Positions 17,394 through 27,280 of a stretch of DNA of 33,661 nt are shown here, one piece after another; within the stretch, counting starts at the first letter, position 1; every line of letters starts with the position of its first letter. This DNA comes from a bacterium. Its GTDB lineage: Bacteria > Babelota > Babeliae > Babelales > GCA-2401785. The notes under the pieces are model-generated. The model saw only the letters and a list, made by a program, of their open reading frames with translations, made no database searches and had not been told where the DNA came from. The DNA is taken from NCBI GenBank assembly GCA_030629865.1, contig DAOVOC010000001.1, forward strand, positions 1 through 33,661. The letters are read 5' to 3'. Both the position numbers and the translations under genes were made by a program.

Positions 17394-18263
17394 TTACATT
17401 CCTGGAGAAACTACAGGCCCATTTTGACCTATAGCCTTCATAGCTGGAAATTTAGGTAATCCCATTGATTTTCTGGGCGCTTTGAGTGGCGGCATGGCTC
17501 CCATCGCAGGAGAGGTCATTGGCAAAGCAGGAATCTTTGCCCCTCGAGCTCTTAGTGCCGCAGCCAAGGTAGGCTTTTTACCAGAAACTTTCGGCACCTT
17601 CATAGTTTTTGCAGCCAGTTTTTTAGGCGCTGCGGGCTTTGCCAATTTTGTAGGTTTTGCAAGTGTAGGCTTCACACTTCTAACAACTTTTCTCTTCGGC
17701 ATCGCCAGCATTCTTGCACTCATTTGTTCAGCTTTTTTGCGTGCTTTCGCTGCCTTAAATTCTTTTGCTTTTCTTTTTTTAGTACCAGATTTAACAGGAG
17801 GCTTTGCCCCCATTTTTGGCCATCCGTCTTGTTTTACAAGTCTTCCCAACATTTTTTCTGAGCGACCAATAACAGATTTCATAGCATACATTAACTGACC
17901 AACTTTTTGTGCTGATGCACCACCTGGTGATTCCAGCTCAACCCCTAAAGGAACCATCTTTGTTTTTAATGTTTGCCAAAACTCATTAGCAACAGCCTCT
18001 GGGATTTTTTTCCCAGCAGCTTCTGCGGCACTCCTCCACTCTTTTTCCGGAACAACCCTTAGTGCAGCTATTGCGTTTGCAAGCGATTGTGCTAATTCTC
18101 CAGCCTCTGTAACTGTTTTGCCAGCAGCTTGTGCTAATTCTCCAGCCTCTCTAGCTATATCTTCAATTTTTCCCTTTGCAACACTTCTGCTTTGAGCCTT
18201 TACTCCAGGTGTAATGCCGCCAGCAAAAGAAAAAAGTATTAGAGTAATAAACAACGCTTTCAT
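17394..18263 (-). CDS. Secreted Ala/Lys-rich protein with a histone-H1-like basic C-terminal half (hypothetical)
   Basis: A strong AAGGAGGGG Shine-Dalgarno lies upstream. The signal peptide is MKALFITLILFSFAGGITPGVKA. An in-frame 42-nt direct repeat (GCTAATTCTCCAGCCTCT at 18091 and 18133 on the + strand) gives EAGELAQ twice. The C-terminal half is rich in AKPAAPKKLAAK-type and MP motifs. Confidence 0.7.
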   Translation of the reverse strand: MKALFITLILFSFAGGITPGVKAQSRSVAKGKIEDIAREAGELAQAAGKTVTEAGELAQSLANAIAALRVVPEKEWRSAAEAAGKKIPEAVANEFWQTLKTKMVPLGVELESPGGASAQKVGQLMYAMKSVIGRSEKMLGRLVKQDGWPKMGAKPPVKSGTKKRKAKEFKAAKARKKAEQMSARMLAMPKRKVVRSVKPTLAKPTKLAKPAAPKKLAAKTMKVPKVSGKKPTLAAALRARGAKIPALPMTSPAMGAMPPLKAPRKSMGLPKFPAMKAIGQNGPVVSPGM

Positions 18264-18398
18264 TTTCCCCTCCTTACAATTTTTAAAAAACTCGCATTAA
18301 CATTACCATGCAGCGGGCAATATCAGTCAACAGCCAATCGATAATGATTTATAAATATCAAAACACACTTCTTTGTGTCTCTACGGATAATGGGCATA

Positions 18399-18428
18399 TT
18401 GACCAACATCGCTTTAAAATGGTATGAA
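18399..18428 (+). promoter_or_regulatory. Candidate promoter of the outer-membrane protein gene
   Basis: TTGACC (18399..18404) - 18 nt - TATGAA (18423..18428), with a TG two bases upstream of the -10 hexamer. Confidence 0.3.
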
Positions 18429-18480
18429 CCTATCGTTCTAAAAGCAGCATTCTGCGCCACAAAACTAAGGGTCGCGAAGC

Positions 18481-19881
18481 ATGAAAATTAAAAACGTAGT
18501 AAGAAATTCAGCAATCGTAGTTTTTGCAGCATTTCTCATGACAACGTATCGGGCCACAACCGCACCACAAATGAATAGGATTGAACCGCTTCCGTCACAT
18601 TCTGTATTTGGCATCGATCCCTATCCTCCTTCAACAGAAGGCCGCGAAAAGGGCGACTGGCTTACTTCATTTCAGATTTCCCCATACTATCAAGATGCTC
18701 CCGGCTCACGCGATGACAAAGGAAACGAAGTAGCAATTGGTGCAGAACACGGATCTTGGAACACGGCCGGTATTTTTTACGGAGTTTTACCTGCCGTTGA
18801 CGACGCTTACGGTGCCAATGATTTACCGAACTCAACTTGGGCAGGAACCAAGCCTGCGGGAACCGGAGAAAATTACGAAAAATTTAAAGCCGCGCTAGAG
18901 CTTTTAGATACCAAATATACCAACACTGCAGATAACAATTTTGACACAGCAAACATAACTGACGCAGCTCACTCCGTGGCCGTAGACTTTAAAAGACTTG
19001 GTGTTCGAGGTGAAATAAGGCTCGCACTTTTTGAAGGTGCAGATATCACCATCAGAGGAGGCGCTTGCGAATATCGAATGACACCAACAACCCTTGAACC
19101 ACTCGCCAGTGCAGATTCTGATGTCACAAAATATTTACTTACCGAATCCAAACTAGACGAAATTATGAACGAAGTTGGGCTTTCTTGAAACCGTGTACAC
19201 GATGTTGTCCTAGAAGACACCTATGCTCAACTTTCCGGAGGCTATCCACTGGTGTTTCGCGATAATGATGGTAACGATGTTGCAACACTTGCACCATCTG
19301 TTTCTGTTGGAATATGGCTACCAACTGGCAAAAAACTTGATCACGACAAGCCATTTTCTATCGCAAGCGGTAACGATGGCCATACAGGTGTTTGCGTCGA
19401 AGGAGCGCTCAACATCGACTTTCACCAAACCATCCTTGCAAGTGTCGGCGGCGGCCTTACTTCATTTAATGACAAAGTATTTGATAAATTTCGCGTCCCC
19501 AACCATCGTCTACAAAATGGATTTTACCCATGGACAACAAAAGTTAAACGTGATCCTGGCCACTCTTGGTTTGCACACGCTTCGATGCGCTCTATTCATT
19601 TTATTCCTGATACTAGTTTTTATTTTGACTACAGCTACAGCGCCCACCAACAAGATACTTTGACCTGTGAAGACGTCTCTGCTCCGCGGCAAACACTTTT
19701 TACAGAAGGACTAAAACTTCTCGAAGAGCGCTCGATCTGGAACTGTCATGAATTGCATTGCGGAATTATGTACGAGGCTTCTCCAAATATGGAAATGGGC
19801 CTGGCATTCCATACTCATATTGGTGGCGAAATGACCTACAGAACAAAGACACTTAACGGCACAGTACGATTCTTATTTTGA
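18481..19881 (+). pseudogene. Porin-like outer-membrane beta-barrel gene interrupted by one in-frame TGA (19186..19188); either a pseudogene or a read-through/recoding case
   Basis: ORFs 18481..19188 and 19252..19881 are in the same frame, and the stretch between them is open. The first part carries a signal peptide (MKIKNVVRNSAIVVFAAFLMTT...). The second ends ...GTVRFLF with a terminal Phe, as in the OMP beta-signal. Confidence 0.6.
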
Positions 19882-19963
19882 CTAAATGAAAAAACAGGTA
19901 TACTACATACATAGTGTTGTTCTAGCTGATTAATGACGAAGCCCACTCGGAGGTGGATGCGAC

Positions 19964-20182
19964 GTGAGTTCGAGAAAAAGTTACAACATCGAAGTCTCAG
20001 TGACAGGAAATGTTGAAAAAAGCCTTAGGCAACTTAAGAAAAAGGTTGAACGTGAAGGTGTAGTACGTGATATGAAGCGCCTAGTTTATTTTGAACCGCC
20101 AACACAAAGACGCCGCAAGCGCCTTGTTCGAGCGATCAAACATAACCTCATGAAAAACGCCGAATATCTTATGGGCGACTAA
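19964..20182 (+). CDS. rpsU: 30S ribosomal protein S21
   Basis: 72 aa with a GTG start preceded by GGAGGTG. It has S21-like blocks: VEKSLRQLKKKVEREGVVRDMKRLVYFEPPTQRRRKR. Confidence 0.85.
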   Translation: MSSRKSYNIEVSVTGNVEKSLRQLKKKVEREGVVRDMKRLVYFEPPTQRRRKRLVRAIKHNLMKNAEYLMGD

Positions 20183-20220
20183 AATAGTCAGAATTGATTT
20201 GGCTTATATTGAGGATTTAG

Positions 20221-20601
20221 ATGTCGAGTGTACGCACTCCAAGTAGCATAAAAAGAGCACAACGCCAGTCGTATATTTTGCGCGAGCTTACTCCTATTTT
20301 GCAGGAGCTCTTTGCAAACGACCAGGCGTTGTCGAAACTTTTTGTCACACGTTTAGAACTTTCTCCAGACGGCAGCCTGTGCCACATTTTCTTTTCGACA
20401 TTTTCTGGAGTAAATCCAAAAGAAGAATATACAAAGGCAAGCTCAACATTAATATTGTACAAACCTTCCGTACGCAAAGCACTTTCAAATATTTTGCCTT
20501 CGCGTTATACGCCAGATATTCGCTTTCACTACGATGCGGGTAAAGAAAAAGAACGGTACTTAAACACATTGTTTGAAAAAATCCAAGAAGACGTCTCATA
20601 A
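20221..20601 (+). CDS. rbfA: Ribosome-binding factor A
   Basis: 126 aa with GAGGA upstream. RAQRQSYILRELTPILQELF...VTRLELSPDGSLCHIFFS fits the RbfA KH-like pattern. Confidence 0.8.
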   Translation: MSSVRTPSSIKRAQRQSYILRELTPILQELFANDQALSKLFVTRLELSPDGSLCHIFFSTFSGVNPKEEYTKASSTLILYKPSVRKALSNILPSRYTPDIRFHYDAGKEKERYLNTLFEKIQEDVS

Positions 20602-20614
20602 AGCTTGGAAAATT

Positions 20615-21238
20615 ATGATGCTCGTTTTTGCACTAGCTCTACTACTCACCGTAGGTTGGTTAGCTTTATTCATTGTAAACTTGCGGGGTTCACCCTATAA
20701 ATTTGCCTACCTTTCTTCGCTTTTTGCTGTAATTCCACTTTTATGGCTTGCTCATGTAATAAAACTGCCAATATTGACAGGAGATCTTACAACGTTTCTG
20801 ATTTTTTCAATTTTTTTGGCATCTCTCGTTCTTACAACAATTTCAGATTTTTGCGAAATGATGGTTCCGCGTTTTTGCAGCATATGGCTAGTTCCGTTCT
20901 GGATAACGTTTTCTGCTCTTGGGTTTACAGGAATTTTTTTTGAATACAGCATGCTTGGAGCCCTTGTAGGCTACCTTCTTCCGAGAACAATCGCGTGGTT
21001 TTTTTGGAAATTTTCTGGCAAGCGAGGTCTTGGCACAGGCGACATAGAACTAACCGCCATGATTGGAGCATTTTTAGGGCCTCACGCAGCGCTAATGACA
21101 CTTAACCTTGGAGCAATCCTAGGTATCATTATTGGACTGCCATACCTCTATTTTGTTCGAAAAAATCTTTATGGCAAAATTCCATTCGCCCCGGCTCTTG
21201 CAGCAGGGGCATGCATCACATTATTTTTCGGAATCTAG
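20615..21238 (+). CDS. Type IV prepilin peptidase (A24 family), peptidase domain only
   Basis: A polytopic membrane protein with the two catalytic-Asp contexts ISDFCEMMVP and GTGDIELTAMIGAFLG. There is no N-terminal methyltransferase or zinc domain. The start is placed at ATG 20615, after the rbfA stop; the longest ORF starts at 20573. Confidence 0.75.
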   Translation: MMLVFALALLLTVGWLALFIVNLRGSPYKFAYLSSLFAVIPLLWLAHVIKLPILTGDLTTFLIFSIFLASLVLTTISDFCEMMVPRFCSIWLVPFWITFSALGFTGIFFEYSMLGALVGYLLPRTIAWFFWKFSGKRGLGTGDIELTAMIGAFLGPHAALMTLNLGAILGIIIGLPYLYFVRKNLYGKIPFAPALAAGACITLFFGI

Positions 21239-22230
21239 AACTTTGAAATAACTTCTTTTTCAGCATCTTGCAAGGTTCCTACTAATTCAAATCCAGCAGC
21301 GTTTTTGTGCCCACCACCACCTAATTTGTTAGCCAACTCAGAAACATTGTAATACTTGGAACGAAAAGAACCTTTTACAGTTCCATCTTCTTTTTCGACA
21401 AGCATCAAAACAATATCAGAACTAACAAGGCCGGCAAAAAAGTTAACGAATCCGCCAAGAACCGATTTATCTGTTCCAAATTTTTCAAAATCACTTTGCG
21501 CAATACTCGCAACAGAAAGAGAATTCCCCTTAATGTTTTTTATACGCGATAAAACCATGCCCCAAAATTTTACAACAAACGATGATTTATACGTTAAAAT
21601 TCGAGTTTTAACTTTCAGGAAATCGCTGCCAGCATCAATCAAAAATGCCGCCACACGAAGCGTTTTTGCATCAGAGAGTTGAGATCTGAATATTATCGAA
21701 TCATCAAGCAGGCCGCAGAGAAGAGCCTCCGCAGCAAAAGACGATATAGCAGATTCATCCCAAGCTACCAAAAATGAAGCAAGCACTTGGCATGCACTGG
21801 AAGCCTTTTGATCAACAAAATTAAACTCAACATCAAAAGTACTGTCACGATGATGGTCAATATTAATAAGAGGTATGCCATCAAATTCCTTGGTCCAATA
21901 CATTCGTTCACGATTCGCTGTATCCAAAACCATTATAAGATCCGGACTTTGAACATGCCGACCAATGTAAATTGGTTTTACTTTATAAAACGGTTTTATC
22001 TTGGGCTGATCTAACAACACTACTTCTATTTTTTTGTCCTTACTAATTAAGAAATCTGCTAGCGCCGCACACGAGCAAAGAGCATCTGCATCGGCACTTG
22101 CATGAGTCAGCAAAGTAATGCTCTTAGCGGCCTTAACATGTTCCCACGCCTCAAGAACTTTTTCTTCACCAAATTTCTGAGTAACATACCGATCAATAGA
22201 AAAATTAGTTTGACTCACTACAAACTCCAC
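21235..22230 (-). CDS. nrnA: DHH-family phosphoesterase (NrnA-like oligoribonuclease / pAp phosphatase)
   Basis: It has the DHH motifs HASADADALCS, NIDHHRDS and the DHHA1 motif GGGHKNAAG. The start is GTG at 22230 or at 22218, the latter preceded by GGAG. The convergent overlap with the peptidase gene is 4 nt. Confidence 0.8.
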   Translation of the reverse strand: MEFVVSQTNFSIDRYVTQKFGEEKVLEAWEHVKAAKSITLLTHASADADALCSCAALADFLISKDKKIEVVLLDQPKIKPFYKVKPIYIGRHVQSPDLIMVLDTANRERMYWTKEFDGIPLINIDHHRDSTFDVEFNFVDQKASSACQVLASFLVAWDESAISSFAAEALLCGLLDDSIIFRSQLSDAKTLRVAAFLIDAGSDFLKVKTRILTYKSSFVVKFWGMVLSRIKNIKGNSLSVASIAQSDFEKFGTDKSVLGGFVNFFAGLVSSDIVLMLVEKEDGTVKGSFRSKYYNVSELANKLGGGGHKNAAGFELVGTLQDAEKEVISKF

Positions 22231-22516
22231 TTCACAAAATATTACTCAATTAAGAAATAACATTGACCATCATACTACACTTATTCTATAGGACCGAATA
22301 ATGAAATACTCGACCTAAACATCATAATGCTTCAGCTTAAAAGCGCTAAATATTTTTACAAATTAATAATTACCCTAGAGACCTATGCGAAAAAATATAG
22401 TATTTTTGACATTATATTTTAGAAACCGTTCATAAATATTGGAACAAAGGAAAGGAACCAATCCCCTGATTAGGAGCTTCGGCCAACCCGGGATCTCAAA
22501 AAAAAAGGAGCTAAAA

Positions 22517-23923
22517 ATGCTAACTCCGCAAAAAAATATTTCAAAAAAGCCAACACATAAGCGGGAAAAAAACAGAAGTTATAATGAAGTCATAACGCTA
22601 CTCAACGTTCTTCCAAAAATTAAATATGAAGCCGCAGCAGAACAGCGCGTCAAACAACTTGACGACCTTCTCGGCAACCCTTCAAAAAAAATGGAATTCG
22701 TTCTCGTTGGCGGAACAAATGGTAAAAGCATCACAGTACACCTAGCTGCCAAACTTCTTCTAGAAGAAAATGTTAAAACCGGCGCCTTACTTTCTGATCA
22801 TATTCTTTCGTATAACGAACGAATCAGTGTCAATAACCAAAATATTAATAACCGGCATTTTGCAGAAATTAGTGGGAGAGTTCTTGATACTGCTCATGCC
22901 AATAAAATTTGTGCCACATCGTATGAACTGATGCTTGTTTCATCTCTCCTTTATTTTGCATCACAAAATGTCGATTTGGCAGTACTCGAAGTTGGCCTCG
23001 GCGGAAGACTTGATGCGACAACAGCACTAAGTCCTCAAATCGTTGCAATTACACGAGCAACAGCAGATGATACAAATCTTTGTGGAAATAATTTAGATGA
23101 AACTGCATTTGAAATGATGGGAGTGGCAAAGCCAGGCTCATGGGTCATCTCTGCAGAACAAAGTAAACTGCGACTTCAAAAAATGAAGGCTGAAGCAAAA
23201 AAACGTAATTTTAAATGGGCAATGCCAATAAGAAAACTTGCACCACTTCCATACATTTACGAACAACTCTATGGACGCTCAGCATCATTGGCAGAACGCA
23301 TAGCTCAAATTTATGTAGAAGATATCAAAGGAAATTTTTCTCCATTCCTACGCGGCAATTTGCTTGCAACACAAAAAGGACAAAGAGGAAGACCAACACT
23401 TGAGGCAAAGCGAGCAGCAGAGCTTAACCCAGTAAAAACACTAAAAAACTTTTGGACTACACAGTTTGAACTTCTTCGAGGCCGATTTGAGCTTCTTGAA
23501 AAAGAAAAGCCAACCATACTTCTCGACAACGCAGATAATTACGACGCATTTTCAAACGTCTTTTTAGGATTACGGCTACTGCATTATCGCAGGCCAATTA
23601 GTAACATTGCCGTTATTTTGGGGCTTAAGGAAAACGCTAACGTTTCAGAAATTCTAAAGTTATCACGGTACTTGCTCAAAAAAATCTCAGGGAAACTGTT
23701 CTTTGTTCCACTACCAAACGACATACCATGCTACAACCCAACAGAGTTGGCACAAAGCGCACGTGCAATAAACATCAGAGCTCATGCGTTTGGATCGCTC
23801 AAAGAAGCGTTTAACGCGGCCAAAAACTCAGTTGATGAACGCAATGGAGTTGTTGCAGTAACCGGATCGCATGATCTTGTATCCGATTACTGGAAAACCG
23901 TTAGAGAAATTAAAAAACTATAA
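22517..23923 (+). CDS. folC: Folylpolyglutamate synthase / dihydrofolate synthase-like Mur ligase (divergent)
   Basis: ATG 22517 follows AAGGAG. It has the P-loop VGGTNGKSIT and the FolC signature LEVGLGGRLDATTAL. The usual DGAHNP block reads DNADNY. Confidence 0.7.
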   Translation: MLTPQKNISKKPTHKREKNRSYNEVITLLNVLPKIKYEAAAEQRVKQLDDLLGNPSKKMEFVLVGGTNGKSITVHLAAKLLLEENVKTGALLSDHILSYNERISVNNQNINNRHFAEISGRVLDTAHANKICATSYELMLVSSLLYFASQNVDLAVLEVGLGGRLDATTALSPQIVAITRATADDTNLCGNNLDETAFEMMGVAKPGSWVISAEQSKLRLQKMKAEAKKRNFKWAMPIRKLAPLPYIYEQLYGRSASLAERIAQIYVEDIKGNFSPFLRGNLLATQKGQRGRPTLEAKRAAELNPVKTLKNFWTTQFELLRGRFELLEKEKPTILLDNADNYDAFSNVFLGLRLLHYRRPISNIAVILGLKENANVSEILKLSRYLLKKISGKLFFVPLPNDIPCYNPTELAQSARAINIRAHAFGSLKEAFNAAKNSVDERNGVVAVTGSHDLVSDYWKTVREIKKL

Positions 23924-23931
23924 AAAAATAT

Positions 23932-23955
23932 GCGCCGGGGTTTTCTTCCCGGCGC
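23932..23955. terminator. Bidirectional Rho-independent terminator
   Basis: GCGCCGGG - GTTTTCTT - CCCGGCGC forms an 8-bp GC stem. It is flanked by AAAAAATAT on the left and TTCTATATATT on the right, between convergent genes. Confidence 0.65.
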
Positions 23956-23990
23956 TTCTATATATTATCTACAAATAAAATTTTTATTTA

Positions 23991-24821
23991 TCACCACTCA
24001 TCAAAAAAACTGCCTCTGCGCCTTCTTCTGTTTTTCTCTCTTTTTATTCTATTGCTCTCTCTGGAAATATCATTCCGCTCTCTTAAAAGTTCCATTTCTC
24101 GCTGATGCTGCTGATCGCGATTAAAATTACGACGCTGATCTTCAAAACGAGAATCCTTTGCAAGCACCAAAAGGATCTTTTTAACAATAGGACGAATCCT
24201 TTTAGCTCCAACCTTAAGAGCTGTAAGGTATTCTTCTCCTATTTCGCATTCTGGACCCGCAGCGCATAGTTCTAAAAGCTCTCTAAGATTTTTTGATTCC
24301 ATTTTTTTTACATTTATTACCTGATCAGTATACTCGGCAACGGCCATGGCCAAACTAGAAGCATTCTCCATACCCCTACTCATATCATCCAAATACTTTT
24401 TGGCAGATAAAAGCGGATATTGCTCGTCGACAAAATGTTTTTCTATATCTTCAGAAACATCTATTTTTTCTTTTGTTTCCAACGGAAAAACAATTTCATT
24501 TTCTAATAGTTTCGCAATTCTTTCACTTGCAGCTTCACACTTTTTCTTAGCTGTTAGATTTCTGATCTTCCAATAGGTAAAAATAGCCACAGGAATTGCA
24601 CAAACAAGGCCTCCAACCAAGGGTGACCCTCGAGATCCATCTTCATCACGAATAGATCCATATGCAAGCAAAGCCCCAAGTCCTCCAGCACCGATCCCTG
24701 CTAAAGCTGTACCACCAATTATTTCGCCGTCACTTAAAAGCCAATGACCTCTTGTTTTCCAGGCACCTAAGTTAGAAAAACTCGCAATTGACAAGAACAA
24801 TAAAAATAATTTTTTATTCAT
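23991..24821 (-). CDS. Hypothetical membrane protein (signal peptide, Gly-zipper TM pair, coiled cytosolic part, Arg-rich tail)
   Basis: 276 aa. It begins MNKKLFLLFLSIASFSNLGA, followed by IIGGTALAGIGAGGLGALLAYG and LVGGLVCAIPVAIFTYW. The C-terminus is ...NRIKREKNRRRRRGSFFDEW. Confidence 0.6.
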   Translation of the reverse strand: MNKKLFLLFLSIASFSNLGAWKTRGHWLLSDGEIIGGTALAGIGAGGLGALLAYGSIRDEDGSRGSPLVGGLVCAIPVAIFTYWKIRNLTAKKKCEAASERIAKLLENEIVFPLETKEKIDVSEDIEKHFVDEQYPLLSAKKYLDDMSRGMENASSLAMAVAEYTDQVINVKKMESKNLRELLELCAAGPECEIGEEYLTALKVGAKRIRPIVKKILLVLAKDSRFEDQRRNFNRDQQHQREMELLRERNDISRESNRIKREKNRRRRRGSFFDEW

Positions 24822-24955
24822 AACACCATCTCATAATCAAAAAGTAATTAACATTACACATTATGTGACAGTCACTGTACAACAAATAATTGAACATGCA
24901 ACTTTTGAAATTTTTCCGCAGTTTTTATATTTTTTCATAACAACCTTAATAAATC

Positions 24956-25819
24956 TTACTGCGCAAGTTCTTTGACACTGTCTCTAGACCGAGAAACAGA
25001 AGATGCAAAGATAGATTCTTTTATAATGATTCTCAAATTAGCGTCAGTAGAAGCGATGGCCAAAACCGTTTCAAGCCAACCAGAAGGCGTTCCAACATCA
25101 CAAAATTTCGATTGAATTTTGTAAGCATACACAGGTCTGCCAGAATCGATTAAAAGTTGTATTGCATCTGTCAGCTGATATTCACCGCCAAAACCCTGTG
25201 ACGTCTTTTCCAAGCACACAAAAATATCTGAATGCAAAATATATCGGCCAACGATCGCCAAATTAGAAGGTGATTTGTCGCGCCTCGGTTTTTCTACAAC
25301 CCTGTTCAACTGAAAAATATTTCCATCCACCATTTTTCCAACATCAGCAATGCCATACTTTTCAACCTGATCTGCCGCAACCTCCTGCACAGCAATTATG
25401 CTAACACCATGTTTTTGTGCAAACGGTATCATGGCCTCGAATGGCGTATGGCCGCCAACAAAAATATTGTCAGGAAGCATAACTGGAACAAGCTCATCAA
25501 AATAACAACCGCGAGCACACCACACTGCATGCCCAAGGCCTTTTTGCTCTCGCTGGCGCACAAAAAATGCGTTTCCATTTTGCTTGGCCGCAACCAATGC
25601 TTCAACATGATCTTCAAACGATTTTTTTGCACCACTGACAATCGAAACTACATCTTTAAGACCTGCATCAAATGCTTCTTTGAGCACATAATCGATAACA
25701 GGAACATTTAAAAGTGGAAGAAGCTCTTTGGGTACAGCCTGAGTAAATGGCGCAAAACGAGTTCCAAATCCTGCGGCTGGAATAAGAATCTTTTTAATGA
25801 TCATATTAGAAGCCCCCAT
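24956..25819 (-). CDS. galU: UTP--glucose-1-phosphate uridylyltransferase
   Basis: IPAAGFGTRFAPFTQAVPKELLPL is the nucleotidyltransferase signature; VEKP is also present. An alternative start is ATG 25804. Confidence 0.88.
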   Translation of the reverse strand: MGASNMIIKKILIPAAGFGTRFAPFTQAVPKELLPLLNVPVIDYVLKEAFDAGLKDVVSIVSGAKKSFEDHVEALVAAKQNGNAFFVRQREQKGLGHAVWCARGCYFDELVPVMLPDNIFVGGHTPFEAMIPFAQKHGVSIIAVQEVAADQVEKYGIADVGKMVDGNIFQLNRVVEKPRRDKSPSNLAIVGRYILHSDIFVCLEKTSQGFGGEYQLTDAIQLLIDSGRPVYAYKIQSKFCDVGTPSGWLETVLAIASTDANLRIIIKESIFASSVSRSRDSVKELAQ

Positions 25820-25851
25820 ATAAAACGGTAGGCAGCCTCTTTCACTCTAGA

Positions 25852-25934
25852 TGTCATTCCGGGATCTACCCGGAATCTAGCGGCACACTACCAACAAAGT
25901 ACTCCTGGATCCCGGATCTGAGTCCAGGATGACA
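25852..25934. repeat. REPIN-like palindromic doublet (83 bp), copy b
   Basis: TGTCATTCCGGGATCTACCCGGAATCTAG ... CTGGATCCCGGATCTGAGTCCAGGATGACA. It lies in the pheS-galU intergenic region. Confidence 0.85.
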
Positions 25935-26024
25935 AATTAAAAAAGCCTCAAAATACCGTTCTTCAATTTTTACAGTCGCCTTCATATGCCGAATAATACG
26001 ACGCCTAAAACTTTGTGCAAGCCC

Positions 26025-27068
26025 TCAAAATTGTTGTAAAAATTTCACACGGCCAGAATGGAACAAGCGGATATCATCAATTCCATACCGCAGCATTGCG
26101 AGACGTTCAATGCCAACACCAAAAGCAAAGCCCGAATATACTTCTGGGTCAACTTTAACTGCACGCAAAACATTTGGATGGACAAGTCCCGCCCCCATAA
26201 GCTCGATCCAAGTTGTTTTTTTGCACACAGAACATCCGTCTTTGCAAAACACGCAGCTCATATCAACTTCGAGCCCCGGTTCAACAAATGGGAAAAAACC
26301 AGGCCGAACGCGAATTTTTAGTTTTTTTGAATCAAACAACCGCTGCAAAAATTTTTTTACAGTCCCAAGAAGCTGGGAAATACTGACATTTTTGTCAACA
26401 AGAAGTCCTTCACACTGCGTAAACATGCAATCGTGCGTTGCATCAGTCGCTTCATAACGATAAACACGGCCTGTACAAACTCCAGCAATTGGAACACCAT
26501 ATTTTTGCATTGCATGAATTTGTACGTTGGAAGTGTGCGTTCTTAAAAGTTTTTTATCTTTTTCAAACCAAAATGTATCTTGCATATCGCGAGCAGGATG
26601 GTTTTGCGGAATGTTTAGTGCCTGGAAATTATAAAAATCAGTTTCCACTTCAGGGCCATCGAAAATCGAAAATCCCATTGACATAAAAATATCTTCGATA
26701 TCTTCTATAAATTTTGAATAAATGTGGCGCGTGCCATCTGGCCGACCTTTCGGCTGATACGCAGAAACATCAAATCCTTTTTCACGCATATTGGCTGCTT
26801 CTGCCTCACGTTTCTCAATATCTTCTTTCAATCGACGGAAAATTTCGGTTGCATCAACACGAATTTGGTTTAAAACTGGCCCAACTTCACGCTTTGCCAG
26901 CGAATCAAGATCTTTTAATTCCTTTATTAGAAGCGTTAAACAGCCTTCTCGCCCCATAAACTGCACACGCAGGTCGTCAACTTCTTTTATTGTCACAACC
27001 TTCTCTGCAGCCTGTTTTAACTCTAAAGCTATCACTTTTGCTTTATCGATCAGTTCACGCATGGTCAT
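26025..27068 (-). CDS. pheS: Phenylalanyl-tRNA synthetase alpha subunit
   Basis: 347 aa with class II motifs (HPARDMQDTFW, GRVYRYEATDATH, GFAFGVGIERLAMLRYGIDDIR). Confidence 0.92.
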   Translation of the reverse strand: MTMRELIDKAKVIALELKQAAEKVVTIKEVDDLRVQFMGREGCLTLLIKELKDLDSLAKREVGPVLNQIRVDATEIFRRLKEDIEKREAEAANMREKGFDVSAYQPKGRPDGTRHIYSKFIEDIEDIFMSMGFSIFDGPEVETDFYNFQALNIPQNHPARDMQDTFWFEKDKKLLRTHTSNVQIHAMQKYGVPIAGVCTGRVYRYEATDATHDCMFTQCEGLLVDKNVSISQLLGTVKKFLQRLFDSKKLKIRVRPGFFPFVEPGLEVDMSCVFCKDGCSVCKKTTWIELMGAGLVHPNVLRAVKVDPEVYSGFAFGVGIERLAMLRYGIDDIRLFHSGRVKFLQQF

Positions 27069-27280
27069 CCGGCCTTTTAAGTCTAATTTTGAGACAAAAA
27101 CTCTTTTGCAACTACCTGAATTTTACCAAATAACTATTGGTTTACAACGCTTAAGGCCCCAAAACATGGCAATAACATTGATTTTTCTATGATGGTTTGA
27201 CTGATTAACAATATCGAATCAGAATATAAGCAGTATTTTATTAGACACAAAAATCATGGAAAACAACTTGGAATTTAAGC

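Noticed and set aside
19186-19188. Genome-wide UGA reassignment (Trp or Gly) or selenocysteine as the explanation for the in-frame TGA
   Set aside because: TGA is used as a genuine terminator in this window: truB at 6587..6589 and the same OMP gene at 19879..19881. All other genes have normal lengths under the standard code. No convincing SECIS-like hairpin follows the TGA. Local nonsense mutation, sequencing error or read-through remain the live options.
22470-22500. Possible degenerate copy of the repeat family (…GGCCAACCCGGGATCTC…) in the folC leader
   Set aside because: Only the 9-nt CCCGGGATC matches. There is no complementary arm or TGTCA terminus, so the match is too short to call.
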